Shown: piece by piece, positions 41,299 to 52,908 of the stretch
Layout of the letters: each line of letters begins with the position of its first letter
Position numbering within the stretch: the stretch's first letter is position 1
Assembly (NCBI GenBank): GCA_043825875.1
Contig: JBDRRF010000068.1
Location: forward strand, 1 to 64,000
Direction: 5' to 3'
Length of the DNA stretch: 64,000 bases
Source: Pseudomonadota bacterium
GTDB taxonomy: Bacteria; Desulfobacterota; Desulfobacteria; Desulfobacterales; RPRI01
Position numbers and translations under genes: made by a program
The notes under the pieces: generated by a model
The model's database searches: none
What the model was told of the DNA's origin: nothing
Seen by the model: only the letters and a program-made list of their open reading frames with translations

Positions 41299-41994
41299 TT
41301 GAAAGAAATAATTACCAAAATCAAAAATCGAATTTCCAAAGCTGCAACTTCATGTGGCCGTAACCCCAAAGATATTAAAATTGTTACAGTAACAAAAACA
41401 GTACCTGCGGATAGAATTCTAGAAGCAATAGAATCCGGCATGCAAATTATTGGCGAAAGCTACATTCAGGATGCCAGAGATAAATATCTTCTTTTGTCAT
41501 CAACCGATGTTTCATGGCATTTTATCGGGCATCTTCAGACAAACAAGGCAAAATATGCTGTTAAAATGTTTGATCTGATACATACTGTTGATTCATACAA
41601 ACTGGCAGTAGAGCTTGATTCGCAAGCTAAAAAAATAAACAAGATACAGCAGATACTTATTCAGGTGAATATTGGAAAAGAAGAATCAAAATCAGGAGCT
41701 ACAGAGGAAAATACTTTTGATCTGATAAAAAAAATAAGCGGGTTAAACAATCTGTTTATTAAAGGGCTGATGGTAATTCCGCCCTTTTTCGATGATCCTA
41801 AAAAGGCAAAGCCGTATTTTGCTGCTACAAGAATATTAAGAGATAACATAAGAAAAATGCTTGATTTAAAATGCATTCAAAATGTCGGAATGGATGAACT
41901 TTCTATGGGAATGACCGGAGATTTTGAGACGGCTATAGAAGAAGGAGCAACTCTTGTAAGAATAGGAACCGCTATTTTCGGTGAAAGAAAATGA
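41299..41994 (+). CDS. yggS: PLP homeostasis protein YggS
   Basis: [32 protein letters not shown]. Confidence 0.95.
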   Translation: MKEIITKIKNRISKAATSCGRNPKDIKIVTVTKTVPADRILEAIESGMQIIGESYIQDARDKYLLLSSTDVSWHFIGHLQTNKAKYAVKMFDLIHTVDSYKLAVELDSQAKKINKIQQILIQVNIGKEESKSGATEENTFDLIKKISGLNNLFIKGLMVIPPFFDDPKKAKPYFAATRILRDNIRKMLDLKCIQNVGMDELSMGMTGDFETAIEEGATLVRIGTAIFGERK

Positions 41995-42518
41995 AAATTC
42001 TTCTTCACATATGTTGTGCGCCATGCTCTATCTATCCGGTAACAATACTGCGTAGTGAAAAAATGAATGTGTCCGGATATTTTTACAATAACAATATTCA
42101 TCCATACACCGAGTATAAAAAAAGGCGGGATACTCTGGCTCAATTTTCAAAACAAATTGATCTTGAAGTAATCTATCGCGATGATTACGATTTGGAAGGC
42201 TTTTTGCAAAAAATTGTGTTCAGGGAGAAAAACAGGTGTATGGTCTGTTATTACGAACGATTAAAAGCGACTGCCGTTTATGCAAAAGATAATAAATTTG
42301 ATTTTTTTACTACAACACTTTTATATAGCGTTTACCAGAAACATGATGTTATCAAAGCAATAGGTGAATCTTTGGGAAAATCCATCGGAATTGAATTTTA
42401 CTACAACGATTTTCGCACAGGTTGGAAAGAAGGGGTAGATGAATCAAGAAGGCTGGATCTTTACAGGCAGAAATATTGCGGTTGCATCTACAGTGAAAAA
42501 GAAAGATATCTGAAATAA
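41991..42518 (+). CDS. queH: Epoxyqueuosine reductase QueH (DUF208)
   Basis: [27 protein letters not shown]. Confidence 0.92.
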   Translation: MKILLHICCAPCSIYPVTILRSEKMNVSGYFYNNNIHPYTEYKKRRDTLAQFSKQIDLEVIYRDDYDLEGFLQKIVFREKNRCMVCYYERLKATAVYAKDNKFDFFTTTLLYSVYQKHDVIKAIGESLGKSIGIEFYYNDFRTGWKEGVDESRRLDLYRQKYCGCIYSEKERYLK

Positions 42519-42533
42519 TCTTAATATTCTCAT

Positions 42534-44417
42534 ATGTTTAAAAACTTTATATATTTTATTTATTTTGTTCTGATATATTCTACAAATACTTATTCTGAAG
42601 CCAAAGGAAATAGTATTTCACTTGAAATTGTTTTCCTTTTTTTTGGTTTTGCAATAATTTTTTCATACATTTCCTATCTGAAATTTAAAAAGCTTGAAAA
42701 AAGTATTTTGTATGAAAGCATCCGTTTAGCTGAACACAAATTTGAATCTTTATCAACGCAACTCTTAATACTTGCCATTTTTCTTTTTGCCATAAACATT
42801 TACTGGTTTGCACTTCCTTCTTATACTCAAAAGATTAGTCTTTTCAAATCAGCCCCTACTTTTGAGGCACTTCTTTTTATATGTCTTTTTGTATTTTATC
42901 TATCTGTTGTATGGGCATGCTCATATGGGGCTTACAAAAAACTTTATCCTTCCGATGAAATGTCAAGACGCTCTTACATAACATCAAATATTTCTTTTGG
43001 TGTTCCTGTTATCCTGCCCTGGCTGATGCTTTCAGTTGTTATCGATATAATTAATCACCTGCCATTTGACGGTCCTAAAAACTTTCTTTCAACTACTGCA
43101 GGCGAATTTGCTTTTATAATACTTTTTCTTTTCATAATTGCCATTACAGGTCCTGCCATAATTCTTAAAATCTGGAGATGCAAACCTATTGAACAGGGAG
43201 AACATCGCTTTTTAATAGAAGCAATGTGCAATAGGGCCGGCGTTAAGTTTTCAGAGATTTTATACTGGCCGCTGTTCGGAAACAGAATGATTACAGCAGG
43301 AGTCATGGGACTTGCAAAAAGATTCCGCTATATTTTAGTTACAAAACCGCTTTTACGAGTACTTGATCCTGATGAAGTAAAAGCCGTAATAGCACATGAG
43401 ATAGGACATGTTAAACGGCATCATCTTGCATTTTATCTTTTGTTTTTTTTAGGCTACATAATAGTATCGTTTTCCGTTTTCGATTTAATCTTATATGCCG
43501 GAATTTATGCCAAGCCGTTATTTCTTTTTTTAAGCAGTTCGGGGGTAGAATATTCAACTGTTATATCAATTTCGTCAGGTATCTTAATAATTGCAACATT
43601 TCTTGTTTATTTCCGATTTATTTTTGCGTACTTTATGCGAAATTTCGAACGCCAGGCAGATGCTTATGTTTATTCATTATTTTCCAGCGCAAAACCTCTC
43701 ATATCCGCATTTCAAAAAATCTCATACATTAGCGGACAACCTTCTGACAAACCAAACTGGCATCATTTCAGCATAAAAGAACGGATTGAATATCTTTATA
43801 AATGTGAGGATGACAAAAGTTTTATAAAGCGCCAGGACAGAAAAATACAAAAAAGCATAGCTGTTTATCTTGTGTGTTTGATCATTACAGGAGTTATCGG
43901 ATATAATTTGAATTTCGGGGAAAGCAGTAAAAGAATAAACGGCCATTTCGCAGAAAAAATATTCCTTGATTTAATCGAAAACAACCCTCATGAAGCAGAA
44001 AAAATAATCCTGAATTTAATCAAAGATAACCCTGAAAATCCGGATTTCCCTGCTATGCTCGGAAATCTTTATTACGGAATTGAAAACTATAAAAAAGCAA
44101 AAAAAGCTTATGAACAATCACTTGCTATTGATTCCAAAAATCCCGCAGTTCTCAACAATCTTGCCTGGCTTTATGCAACATGTAAAGATACCAATATCAG
44201 GAACCCTGATTTAGCCGTCAATCTTGCCGAATCTGCTGTAAGAATAGAAGAAAATCATCAATCACTCGATACTCTGGCCCAAAGTTATTTTGTAGCTGGC
44301 CGGTATAAAGACGCTGTAGAAGCTGGAAGGAAAGCTCTTTCGATGGCCGGAAAAGACAAGCAGTATTATGAAAAACAACTTGCTAAATTTGCAGATCATC
44401 TCCAAATGGGCCGGTAA
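42534..44417 (+). CDS. M48 family membrane metalloprotease with C-terminal TPRs
   Basis: AHEIGH, FERQAD, TPR 'LNNLAWL'. Confidence 0.88.
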   Translation: MFKNFIYFIYFVLIYSTNTYSEAKGNSISLEIVFLFFGFAIIFSYISYLKFKKLEKSILYESIRLAEHKFESLSTQLLILAIFLFAINIYWFALPSYTQKISLFKSAPTFEALLFICLFVFYLSVVWACSYGAYKKLYPSDEMSRRSYITSNISFGVPVILPWLMLSVVIDIINHLPFDGPKNFLSTTAGEFAFIILFLFIIAITGPAIILKIWRCKPIEQGEHRFLIEAMCNRAGVKFSEILYWPLFGNRMITAGVMGLAKRFRYILVTKPLLRVLDPDEVKAVIAHEIGHVKRHHLAFYLLFFLGYIIVSFSVFDLILYAGIYAKPLFLFLSSSGVEYSTVISISSGILIIATFLVYFRFIFAYFMRNFERQADAYVYSLFSSAKPLISAFQKISYISGQPSDKPNWHHFSIKERIEYLYKCEDDKSFIKRQDRKIQKSIAVYLVCLIITGVIGYNLNFGESSKRINGHFAEKIFLDLIENNPHEAEKIILNLIKDNPENPDFPAMLGNLYYGIENYKKAKKAYEQSLAIDSKNPAVLNNLAWLYATCKDTNIRNPDLAVNLAESAVRIEENHQSLDTLAQSYFVAGRYKDAVEAGRKALSMAGKDKQYYEKQLAKFADHLQMGR

Positions 44418-44423
44418 GAGAAA

Positions 44424-46727
44424 CTATTTAATACAGACCTTTCTTACCTGTAGCAAATCGGTATGCCCTTCAAAAATCTTATCTATTCCATCCTGTTTAA
44501 GCGTAGTCATGCCATCCTTTATCGCCTGTTTTCGTATATCCTCAATTTTGGCCAGATTCTGAATCAGACTTTTCATCTCATCGGTGCCCATCAGCAGCTC
44601 ATGGATGCCCATACGACCCTGATAACCCGTATTATTACACTCATCACATCCATTGTTTTTGTATAAAACAAGATCGTCCGTGTAAGGAATATTAAGATTT
44701 TTTTCAAAAGCTTCCTGGCCATATTCTCTTAAAAGTTCATCATATTCAGCTTGTGATGGATGATAGGTCTGCTTGCACCTGCTACAAAGCGTTCTTACAA
44801 GCCGCTGGGCAAGAATACATAAGATAGCATCGGCAAAATTAAAGGGGTCCATACCCATATCAAGAAGCCTTGTTATGCTTTCAGGCGCGCTGTTTGTATG
44901 CAGTGTCGAAAATACAAGATGGCCTGTCAGAGAAGCTTCTATACCTATATGAGTGGTTTCTTTATCACGCATTTCACCTACCATTATAACATCAGGGTCG
45001 GCTCGCAAAAATGATCTCATGGCGGCAGCAAAGTCAAAGCCTATCTTGGGCTTAACCTGAACCTGTCTTAAGCCTCTTTGTGTGATTTCAACAGGGTCTT
45101 CCGCTGTCCATATTTTTGTTTCGGGCTTGTTGATATAGCTAAGCGCTGAATGAAGCGTTGTTGTTTTTCCCGAACCGGTAGGACCGCACACAAAAGCTAT
45201 GCCGTAAGGCTTGGTTATGGCACCTATAAAATTATCATAATTTCTTTCAGAAAAACCCATTTTACTAAGAGGTAAAGGTTCTCCCGCCGCCAGTATACGC
45301 ATAACCACATCTTCAAGCCCGCCCTGGGTCGGAACAGTTGCAACACGAAGCTCTATATCTTTTCCACCATATTTTTTAAACTTTATCTTTCCATCCTGCG
45401 GTTTGCGACGTTCGGCGATATCAAGATCGGACATTATTTTTATACGGGATACAAGCGCATTTTTATAGCTGTACGGAACTGTCTGGTAAAGTGTGCAGGC
45501 ACCATCAATTCTTATTCTTACCTGCGTATTTTGTTTTCCGGGATAAGGTTCTATATGTATATCAGAAGCCCTTCTTGCATATGCATCAAGAATTATTTTA
45601 TTTACAAGCATAACAACGGCACTGTCTTCTTCCCCTACACCGGCCTCGGCTTCTTCAATCTCTTCCGATTCTTCTGCAAGTTTGGAAAGTATGTCATCTA
45701 TACCTGCAAGCTCTTTTTCATCATGCGTAAACAGCTTGATAAGATCCAGTATATCCTGTTTTAAAGCCACTGAAAACATCAGGGTTTTACCGGGAAATAA
45801 AGCCTTAATTTCATCTATTTTCTGAATATCCTGAGGATTGTCTATAGCTACTATGATTTTATTTTCTTCTCTTCGCAAAGGAACCCAAAGGTTGTTACGC
45901 ATGAAAGGAACTTTTAATCCTGTTAAAAGATCACCGGGAATCGGAAAGGTAGGAGTATATTCGGCAAACGGAACCTTGTAATATTCTGCAAGGGATTTTA
46001 ATATTTCCTTTTTTGCGATCTTTAATTCTGATATTAGAATATTTTCAACATTTTCTCTTCGCTGCCTTGCATCAGATATCGCTTTTTCAAGTTCTTTCTG
46101 TGTAAGAATATGATTTTCCAAAAGGTAGTCGAACTTTGTAGATCTGGACTTTGCTATCCGTTTTTGATTATAAAGGGCAATACCAAGAATTTTCGCAAGC
46201 TCCTCAACGGCATGTTCATCTATTTCTTTAAAAGAGGAACCGTCTTTCCGGTTAATAAGCTGAATTACTCCCAGCAAATACTTTTTAAATATGATCGGAT
46301 AAGCAAGAACTTGTTTTGTAACAAATCCGGTTTTCTTATCCCATCTTTTATCAAATTTTAATACAGCATCAATTGAGGCAAGTTCTTTCTCATCGTACAC
46401 ATTTTGAATATTAATCAGCTTCTGTTTCGTGGCCGAATATCCGGCAAGACTGTTTATAGAAACGGGAATACGAATTTCAGATACCTCGGAACCGGATTTA
46501 AATCTTGAGACAAGTTCCCTTGTTTTCCCGTCAACAACGAAAACAGTTATTCTTTCTGCTTCAAAAAGCGATGTTATTTCATTTTTAAGGGTAAGCAGAA
46601 TTTCGTCCAGATTTGAAGCGGCATATATTCTATTGCATATATCCTGTAGCTTTGTCCTGGATTCAACCTCTGATTTAAGGTTTTGCACACTATCTTTGGC
46701 ATTAAAATTTTCAGTATTTCTCAGCAT
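44424..46727 (-). CDS. GspE/PilB family ATPase with N-terminal GAF domain
   Basis: GAF ('GVIQLINR'), ASDIHIEP, GPTGSGKTTT, RADPDVIMVGEMRD, C4 motif. Confidence 0.92.
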   Translation of the reverse strand: MLRNTENFNAKDSVQNLKSEVESRTKLQDICNRIYAASNLDEILLTLKNEITSLFEAERITVFVVDGKTRELVSRFKSGSEVSEIRIPVSINSLAGYSATKQKLINIQNVYDEKELASIDAVLKFDKRWDKKTGFVTKQVLAYPIIFKKYLLGVIQLINRKDGSSFKEIDEHAVEELAKILGIALYNQKRIAKSRSTKFDYLLENHILTQKELEKAISDARQRRENVENILISELKIAKKEILKSLAEYYKVPFAEYTPTFPIPGDLLTGLKVPFMRNNLWVPLRREENKIIVAIDNPQDIQKIDEIKALFPGKTLMFSVALKQDILDLIKLFTHDEKELAGIDDILSKLAEESEEIEEAEAGVGEEDSAVVMLVNKIILDAYARRASDIHIEPYPGKQNTQVRIRIDGACTLYQTVPYSYKNALVSRIKIMSDLDIAERRKPQDGKIKFKKYGGKDIELRVATVPTQGGLEDVVMRILAAGEPLPLSKMGFSERNYDNFIGAITKPYGIAFVCGPTGSGKTTTLHSALSYINKPETKIWTAEDPVEITQRGLRQVQVKPKIGFDFAAAMRSFLRADPDVIMVGEMRDKETTHIGIEASLTGHLVFSTLHTNSAPESITRLLDMGMDPFNFADAILCILAQRLVRTLCSRCKQTYHPSQAEYDELLREYGQEAFEKNLNIPYTDDLVLYKNNGCDECNNTGYQGRMGIHELLMGTDEMKSLIQNLAKIEDIRKQAIKDGMTTLKQDGIDKIFEGHTDLLQVRKVCIK

Positions 46728-46809
46728 AAGCCATTATCACCGTATAATTTTATTATCCTGCCGGAAAATTAAAATCTAATCTGCAAAATATAGTTAATAC
46801 ACTTGCCGT

Positions 46810-47067
46810 TTAGTTTTCATTATCCGGCTCTTTACCATTAGATTTGCCACAATATTTATAGATTTTTTTAAGCCCGCCACCAACCAGTAAAACACCCAGA
46901 AGATAAAAACAAAACTTAATAAAGTACTTTTCGGAAGAAAGATGTTTGATCTGTTCCAGCTGTTCCATTTTATATGGAATCTGGTAAAATACGCCAATTC
47001 CTGCAACAATAAGGGCTATCGCCCATATCAGCTGGATAATTATTTTTGGTTTTTCCATACCGGTCAC
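46810..47067 (-). CDS. Small membrane protein
   Basis: Two TM segments. Confidence 0.6.
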   Translation of the reverse strand: MTGMEKPKIIIQLIWAIALIVAGIGVFYQIPYKMEQLEQIKHLSSEKYFIKFCFYLLGVLLVGGGLKKIYKYCGKSNGKEPDNEN

Positions 47068-47209
47068 GTTATATTTAAAACTGATAATATCAACTTTTAT
47101 GTCCCGCTAAATAAAGGCTTATATTATCCAATTTTTACGTCTATGTCAATTATTTACAATCAACAAATTATTATAGTTAGCGGTAAGTCACATAGAGATG
47201 CAAAACCCG

Positions 47210-48001
47210 TTAATCTTTCAGACTGCCTTTAAAAACCGCTTTTCTTTTTTCAAGGAAAGCGGTTGTGCCTTCATTTTTATCCTTGCTTGACATACACAAG
47301 GCAAATGCATCTGCTTCTATACTGCACCCGGTAACAAGATCAGCATTAATACCGTTGTTCACGGCCTGCTTTGCGGCACGTAAAGAGACTTTTCCTTTTG
47401 AAGCAATCAGTTTAGCCGTTTTTAGAGTCTCGTCCATAAGGGCATCAGGAGCAAAAACTCTGTTTACCAGCCCGATTGTCATCGCCTCGGATGCCGAAAT
47501 CATCTTGCCGGTAAAAATCATTTCCTTTGCCATATTAGTACCAATAAGCCTGGGAAGTCTCTGAGTGCCTCCAAATCCGGGGATCAGGCCAAGATTGATT
47601 TCAGGCAGTCCGAACATGGCTTTTTCGGAAGCATATACTATATCACAGGCAAGCACAACTTCACAGCCTCCGCCAAGCGCAAATCCGTTTACGGCAGCTA
47701 TCACCGGTATAGGCAATTCCTGAAGCCTGCCAATGAGAGTTTGACCGTTTTTTGCAAATATCTTACCCTCCAGCGAATTAAACTTGGCAAGTTCGGTAAT
47801 GTCGGCACCGGCAACAAAGGATTTTTCCCCGGCACCGGTAAGAATAAGCACCCGAACATTTTCATCACATGAAATATTATCAAGAGCGTCGGAAAGCTCT
47901 TTAAACAATTTTTCGTTTAATGCATTAAGTGCTTTGGGCCTGTTAAAAGCAATAGTTGCTATTTTATCTTCAACTGTAAAAATAATATTTTCGTAATTCA
48001 T
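47210..48001 (-). CDS. Enoyl-CoA hydratase/crotonase
   Basis: NRPKALNAL, FVAGADI, ALGGGCE, PEINLGLIPGFGGTQRL. Confidence 0.93.
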   Translation of the reverse strand: MNYENIIFTVEDKIATIAFNRPKALNALNEKLFKELSDALDNISCDENVRVLILTGAGEKSFVAGADITELAKFNSLEGKIFAKNGQTLIGRLQELPIPVIAAVNGFALGGGCEVVLACDIVYASEKAMFGLPEINLGLIPGFGGTQRLPRLIGTNMAKEMIFTGKMISASEAMTIGLVNRVFAPDALMDETLKTAKLIASKGKVSLRAAKQAVNNGINADLVTGCSIEADAFALCMSSKDKNEGTTAFLEKRKAVFKGSLKD

Positions 48002-48020
48002 AATTGTACCTCCATAGTAT

Positions 48021-49796
48021 TTAACCGCCTTTTGCAGGAGATTCTCTCAAAAAAGCGGTAGGGTTTATTTCATTTATATAGCTGCGGATGCCTTTGATTA
48101 TGCCCTCGCATAAGTGATCCTGGTATTTGGAACTGCTTAACCGTTGGCATTCTCTCTTATTGCTGATAAAAGATGTCTCTATTAATATAGCCGGCATCTG
48201 CGCTCCCAACAAAACATAGAAAGGCGCCTGCTTAACGCCTTTATTTTTTATCCTGCTGTATTTTCCATTCAAATGCCTGCAAACAGATTCCTGCACATGG
48301 CTAGCAAGGCGGCTTGATTCGTTTATTTTAGCATTTTGCATAAGATCATCTAAAATTGTTTGTAAATCACTAATGTTTTTTGTTGAAGTGGCATTTTCTC
48401 GTGCTGCTACCCGAATGGCGTCATTGTCTGTTGCAAGATTTAAAAAATATGTCTCAATACCATATGCATGTTTATTTCGGGCAGCATTGGTATGCAAAGA
48501 AATAAAAAGATCCGAATTTTTAGTGTTTGCTATAGCTGTACGCTCTTCAAGAGTAAGATATTTATCACTGCTTCTGGTCATTACTACTTCACAATGAAGT
48601 TCTTTCCGGATTTTATCAGCAAGCTTTTTGCCTAATTGAAGAACAATATGCTTTTCGTGTATTCCTTTTACATAACCGGGAGCCCCATAATCCTGTCCTC
48701 CGTGCCCCATATCGATAGTAATTTTTTTAACACCCAGAGCAAACTGTTTGGCCAGCTCTCCTGTTTCATTTTCTTTGTTTTTTGCTGCTGCATAAACTTG
48801 TTTATCTACTTCATCACGGGTTCCCCATACATCTATTACAACCCGAAACGGATTTTTAAGGGAAAATATTTTATAGGTTTTAAAAGATTTAATATCAATA
48901 ACAACTCTTACTGTTTCAGGCTTATACTGCCCTGCTCTTGCATCAATCAGTAAATCATCATTGATCGGAATTACCTTTTTTATGTTGTTGCCAAGTCTGC
49001 TGTTTTTTAAATCTATGAACAAACGTTGAGGTTTATTAATGGATGGGTCCTGTTTTAACAATTTGTATGTGTATGCTGTTTCATCATCCGCATCGATAAC
49101 AATTCTGGTGTAATTAGGATTCGACCAGTGTCTCAAATCCTTTATTGTTGCAATACCTGTGCATTTCGGCTCTGTACTTTTCTTATCAAATTCGTTCTGA
49201 GTGTTTATCTGCTCAATAATATCTTTGATCGAATCCGAAATTTCTGACGGCAAATCAACATCGGTTCCAAATTGTTTCTCACTATCTTCTTTTAAACCTG
49301 TTTCCGGTCCATCAAAACTTACGCCCTTTCTATCAGCTAATCTATTTCCCGAAATGTTTCCAATTTCTTTTTTGGCTCTAACAAAATACCTGCTGTCCGG
49401 AAAACGCTTTATTATCCGTTCATACGCATCAAGAGACTCATTTCTATCCGATTTTAAATAAGAATGTTTATAAAGTTCATAATAAAGCTTACCGGACATA
49501 TAAAGACTTGCGGCAGCCCAGGGTCCTCCCGGATCTTCACGATATGCGTTTTCAAAATTTTTAATGCATTCCAGCCAGAACTGCCTGTATTTTTGCCTGG
49601 CAGTATTATTTCTTAATGATTTATAGGCAACTTCGGCTTCAAAGTATTTACTTTTCGCATTACCGGCAAATGATACGCAAGACTGACACAGGATAATAGC
49701 AAGATAGAAGACAGCCAGATAAAACATGTGTCTTCTTAATTTTAAAATTATATTACACAAGATTCCGCTTTCATCTTTGCAGATTTGTTGTTTCAT
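48021..49796 (-). CDS. N-acetylmuramoyl-L-alanine amidase (TPR-like + AMIN + Amidase_3)
   Basis: IDMGHGG, E-K, ISLHTNA, LIETSF; AMIN 'RIVID' repeats. Confidence 0.92.
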   Translation of the reverse strand: MKQQICKDESGILCNIILKLRRHMFYLAVFYLAIILCQSCVSFAGNAKSKYFEAEVAYKSLRNNTARQKYRQFWLECIKNFENAYREDPGGPWAAASLYMSGKLYYELYKHSYLKSDRNESLDAYERIIKRFPDSRYFVRAKKEIGNISGNRLADRKGVSFDGPETGLKEDSEKQFGTDVDLPSEISDSIKDIIEQINTQNEFDKKSTEPKCTGIATIKDLRHWSNPNYTRIVIDADDETAYTYKLLKQDPSINKPQRLFIDLKNSRLGNNIKKVIPINDDLLIDARAGQYKPETVRVVIDIKSFKTYKIFSLKNPFRVVIDVWGTRDEVDKQVYAAAKNKENETGELAKQFALGVKKITIDMGHGGQDYGAPGYVKGIHEKHIVLQLGKKLADKIRKELHCEVVMTRSSDKYLTLEERTAIANTKNSDLFISLHTNAARNKHAYGIETYFLNLATDNDAIRVAARENATSTKNISDLQTILDDLMQNAKINESSRLASHVQESVCRHLNGKYSRIKNKGVKQAPFYVLLGAQMPAILIETSFISNKRECQRLSSSKYQDHLCEGIIKGIRSYINEINPTAFLRESPAKGG

Positions 49797-49821
49797 TACT
49801 TAACCACCCCGGTTTGTTTCA

Positions 49822-52452
49822 TTATGCGTTATTCGCCTTTTCCTGTAGTTCGTTAATGAAATTTAATGCGTCAAGAGGAGTCATTTTTGTTATATCAACA
49901 TTTTTGAGCCTTTCAACAATAAAGTTTTCAGGTTTCGGAAACATATCAAGCTGAATTTGGCCATGTTTTATTCTGGACTCGCTTTGGGCAAACAAAGGCG
50001 CCCCGCTTATTGCATGTTCATCTTCTATCTTATAAAGAATTTTTTTTGCTCTTGCTATAATTTTTTCCGGAATACCTGCAAGTCTTGCAACCTGAATTCC
50101 ATAGCTCCTGTTTGTTCCGCCATCAACCAGTTTTCTTAAAAATACTATTTCATCATTCCATTCTTTTACTAAAATATTAAAATTTTTCACACGCTCTTTT
50201 GTTAAAGCCAGATCAATCAGTTCATGATAATGTGTTGCAAACAGTGTTTTAACCCCTTTTTCATTAAGATCATGCAGATATTCGGCAACCGCCCATGCTA
50301 TACTGATACCATCAAAGGTACTGGTTCCCCTTCCTATTTCATCCATTATAATAAGACTTCTTGCACTGGAATTATTTAAAATATTAGCTGTTTCCTGCAT
50401 CTCAACCATAAAGGTACTTTGGCCTGACGAAAGGTTATCCAAAGCCCCTACTCTTGTAAAAATTTTGTCGGTAATATTTATTGAAGCTTTTTGAGCAGGC
50501 ACAAAAGACCCGATATGCGCCAAAAGAACGATCAGTGCAACCTGGCGCAAAATTGTTGATTTTCCAGCCATATTAGGACCGGTTATTATCAGAATCTGAT
50601 TGTTTTCGTCATCCATAGTTATTGAATTAGGCACAAATCTTTCGCCTGTTATCATTTTTTCAACTACGGGATGGCGGCCTTCTTCTATTGATATGATACC
50701 TTCATTGTTCAAATCGGGTTTTGAATAATTATTTTCATGGGCAACCTCAGAAAGTGCACCAGCACAATCAAGCCTTGCTATAAAATGTGCAATCTGTTGA
50801 ATAGCCGGATTAAGTTTTGCAACTTTTTCTCTTATTTGAGAAAATAATTCATGTTCTAAGATGTTTCTTCTGTCCTGTGAATTTAAAATATCCTTTTCAT
50901 ATTTTTTCAGTTCATCAGTAATATATCTTTCAGCATTAACAAGCGTTTGTTTTCTTATATAATGAGCGGGCACAAATTTTGACTGGGATTTCGATACTTC
51001 TATATAATATCCGAAAACCTTATTAAACCTGACTTTAAGAGAATTTATTTTTGTTTCTTCTTTCTCCTTTGCTTCAAGCTTTGCAAGCCAGCCTTTGCCC
51101 TGGCTTGACGCTTTTATAAGAGTATCAAGTTCTTCATTAAATCCTTCTTTTATCAATCCCCCCTCATTTAATACAGGAGGGGCATCTTCTCTGATTGCTT
51201 TTTCAATTATTTCTGCAAGGAAATATAGTTCATCGATTTCTTGATCCCATTTAAAAAAAGACGAGCTGAAATCTTTGACACAAGCTTTTATCGAGGGAAT
51301 AGCAAAAAGAGAATTTTTAAGCGCTACAAGATCTCTGGCATTACAATGGCCCATTACAATTTTACTTCCCAGGCGCTCTATATCATAAACGGTTTTTAAA
51401 AGTTCCCTTATATTTTTTCTATCCGCAACGTCATTTACTAATTCTTCTACCGCATCTGTCCGGTATAGTATTTCTTCTTTGCTTTGCAGCGGGTATCTTA
51501 ACCATCGTCGCAAAAGCCTTCCGCCCATAGGTGTTTTGGTACAATCCAAAACGCCAAGAAGTGTTCCATGCTTTGTACCGGTTCGTATGTTTTTAAATAT
51601 TTCAAGATTCTGACAGCTTGTTTCATCAATAAGAAGATATTTCTCAAGATTATAGGTTTCAATTGTAGAAAGATGCCCTGCGCTTTGCTTCTGGGTTTCG
51701 CGTATGTAATATATCAGCGCCCCTGCGGCACAGATGCCTGCTTTTTTATCCTCACATCCGAATCCCTCAAGCGACAAGGTTTTAAAAAGCTCGACAAGTC
51801 TTTCGCGGGACTTGTCGAAATCAAATTTATTGTCATCAAGATAGGTAACGGAAATTCCGTTTAATCCATTTATCACACCGGATAAAGATTGATCGCTTTT
51901 TGATATTTGTGGCAAAAGTATCTCACTTGGAGCAACTCGTTGTATCTCTTCGGCAAGAAGTAAAAGATCGCCGGTTTCTGTCAATCTGAACAGCCCGGTT
52001 GAAATATCAATACAGGAAAGTCCAAAGGTATTTAAATGACGGGAAACGGCAAGAATATAATTATTGGCTTTTTCATCTAAGAATTCATCTTCGACGATCA
52101 TGCCAGGAGTAATAACTCTTACAACGTCTCTTTTAACAAGGCCTTTTGCTTCGGCAGGATTTTCCTTTTGATCGCATATAGCAACCTTAAAGCCATTAGC
52201 AATTAATTTTGCAATATAACTCTTCACAGCCTTGTGAGGAACTCCGCACATTGGTACAGGATTTTCTTCTTTTTTATTTCGTGATGTTAAGGTGATTTCA
52301 AGAACTTTGGATGCTGTTTTGGCATCCTCAAAAAACATCTCATAGAAATCTCCCATTCTATACAAAAGTATTGCATCAGGATAGTTTTGCTTAATGGAAA
52401 GATACTGTTTTATCATTGGTGTTGCGTTAGATGGATACATACAGCAAGGCAC
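49822..52452 (-). CDS. mutS: DNA mismatch repair protein MutS
   Basis: TPMIKQY, GDFYEMF, TGPNMAGKST, DEIGRGT, ATHYHEL; exact start uncertain. Confidence 0.97.
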   Translation of the reverse strand: MPCCMYPSNATPMIKQYLSIKQNYPDAILLYRMGDFYEMFFEDAKTASKVLEITLTSRNKKEENPVPMCGVPHKAVKSYIAKLIANGFKVAICDQKENPAEAKGLVKRDVVRVITPGMIVEDEFLDEKANNYILAVSRHLNTFGLSCIDISTGLFRLTETGDLLLLAEEIQRVAPSEILLPQISKSDQSLSGVINGLNGISVTYLDDNKFDFDKSRERLVELFKTLSLEGFGCEDKKAGICAAGALIYYIRETQKQSAGHLSTIETYNLEKYLLIDETSCQNLEIFKNIRTGTKHGTLLGVLDCTKTPMGGRLLRRWLRYPLQSKEEILYRTDAVEELVNDVADRKNIRELLKTVYDIERLGSKIVMGHCNARDLVALKNSLFAIPSIKACVKDFSSSFFKWDQEIDELYFLAEIIEKAIREDAPPVLNEGGLIKEGFNEELDTLIKASSQGKGWLAKLEAKEKEETKINSLKVRFNKVFGYYIEVSKSQSKFVPAHYIRKQTLVNAERYITDELKKYEKDILNSQDRRNILEHELFSQIREKVAKLNPAIQQIAHFIARLDCAGALSEVAHENNYSKPDLNNEGIISIEEGRHPVVEKMITGERFVPNSITMDDENNQILIITGPNMAGKSTILRQVALIVLLAHIGSFVPAQKASINITDKIFTRVGALDNLSSGQSTFMVEMQETANILNNSSARSLIIMDEIGRGTSTFDGISIAWAVAEYLHDLNEKGVKTLFATHYHELIDLALTKERVKNFNILVKEWNDEIVFLRKLVDGGTNRSYGIQVARLAGIPEKIIARAKKILYKIEDEHAISGAPLFAQSESRIKHGQIQLDMFPKPENFIVERLKNVDITKMTPLDALNFINELQEKANNA

Positions 52453-52485
52453 TCTTGAAATAATTTTAAAACTAAAAATGAAGTA

Positions 52486-52866
52486 TTAAATTTGTTCTAT
52501 CTGTTTTTGTTCTATCTGGTTTTGTGTGTCCTGAAATGTAGATACTTCTTTTTTAATAGAAGCAACCTCATTTTTAAGATCAGCAATCTTTTCAATATTA
52601 GACTCTATAGTATAATTTAAACCTTTAATTATATTGTTTAATGTAAAACGTTCAAATAGCGCTACTATATATTCGACAAGATATCCTGCTACAAAACATA
52701 TAAGCATAATTATCCCTACATGTAATGCCGGGGTATTGTATTCTTTAAGAACATAAAAGTTTATGACAAAACTTTTCTTCTCAAGAAGAAAAGCAATATT
52801 TTGCACAACAAACAAACCTAAGACTCCCAAAATGACTGATAAAAGTCCTATTTTGAATTTTTTCAT
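52486..52866 (-). CDS. LapA-like membrane protein
   Basis: 'LFVVQN', second TM, coiled-coil tail. Confidence 0.65.
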   Translation of the reverse strand: MKKFKIGLLSVILGVLGLFVVQNIAFLLEKKSFVINFYVLKEYNTPALHVGIIMLICFVAGYLVEYIVALFERFTLNNIIKGLNYTIESNIEKIADLKNEVASIKKEVSTFQDTQNQIEQKQIEQI

Positions 52867-52908
52867 TTGAATCTCCTGTTTTTTTGCGAGTCCATATTTG
52901 ATTTTGTC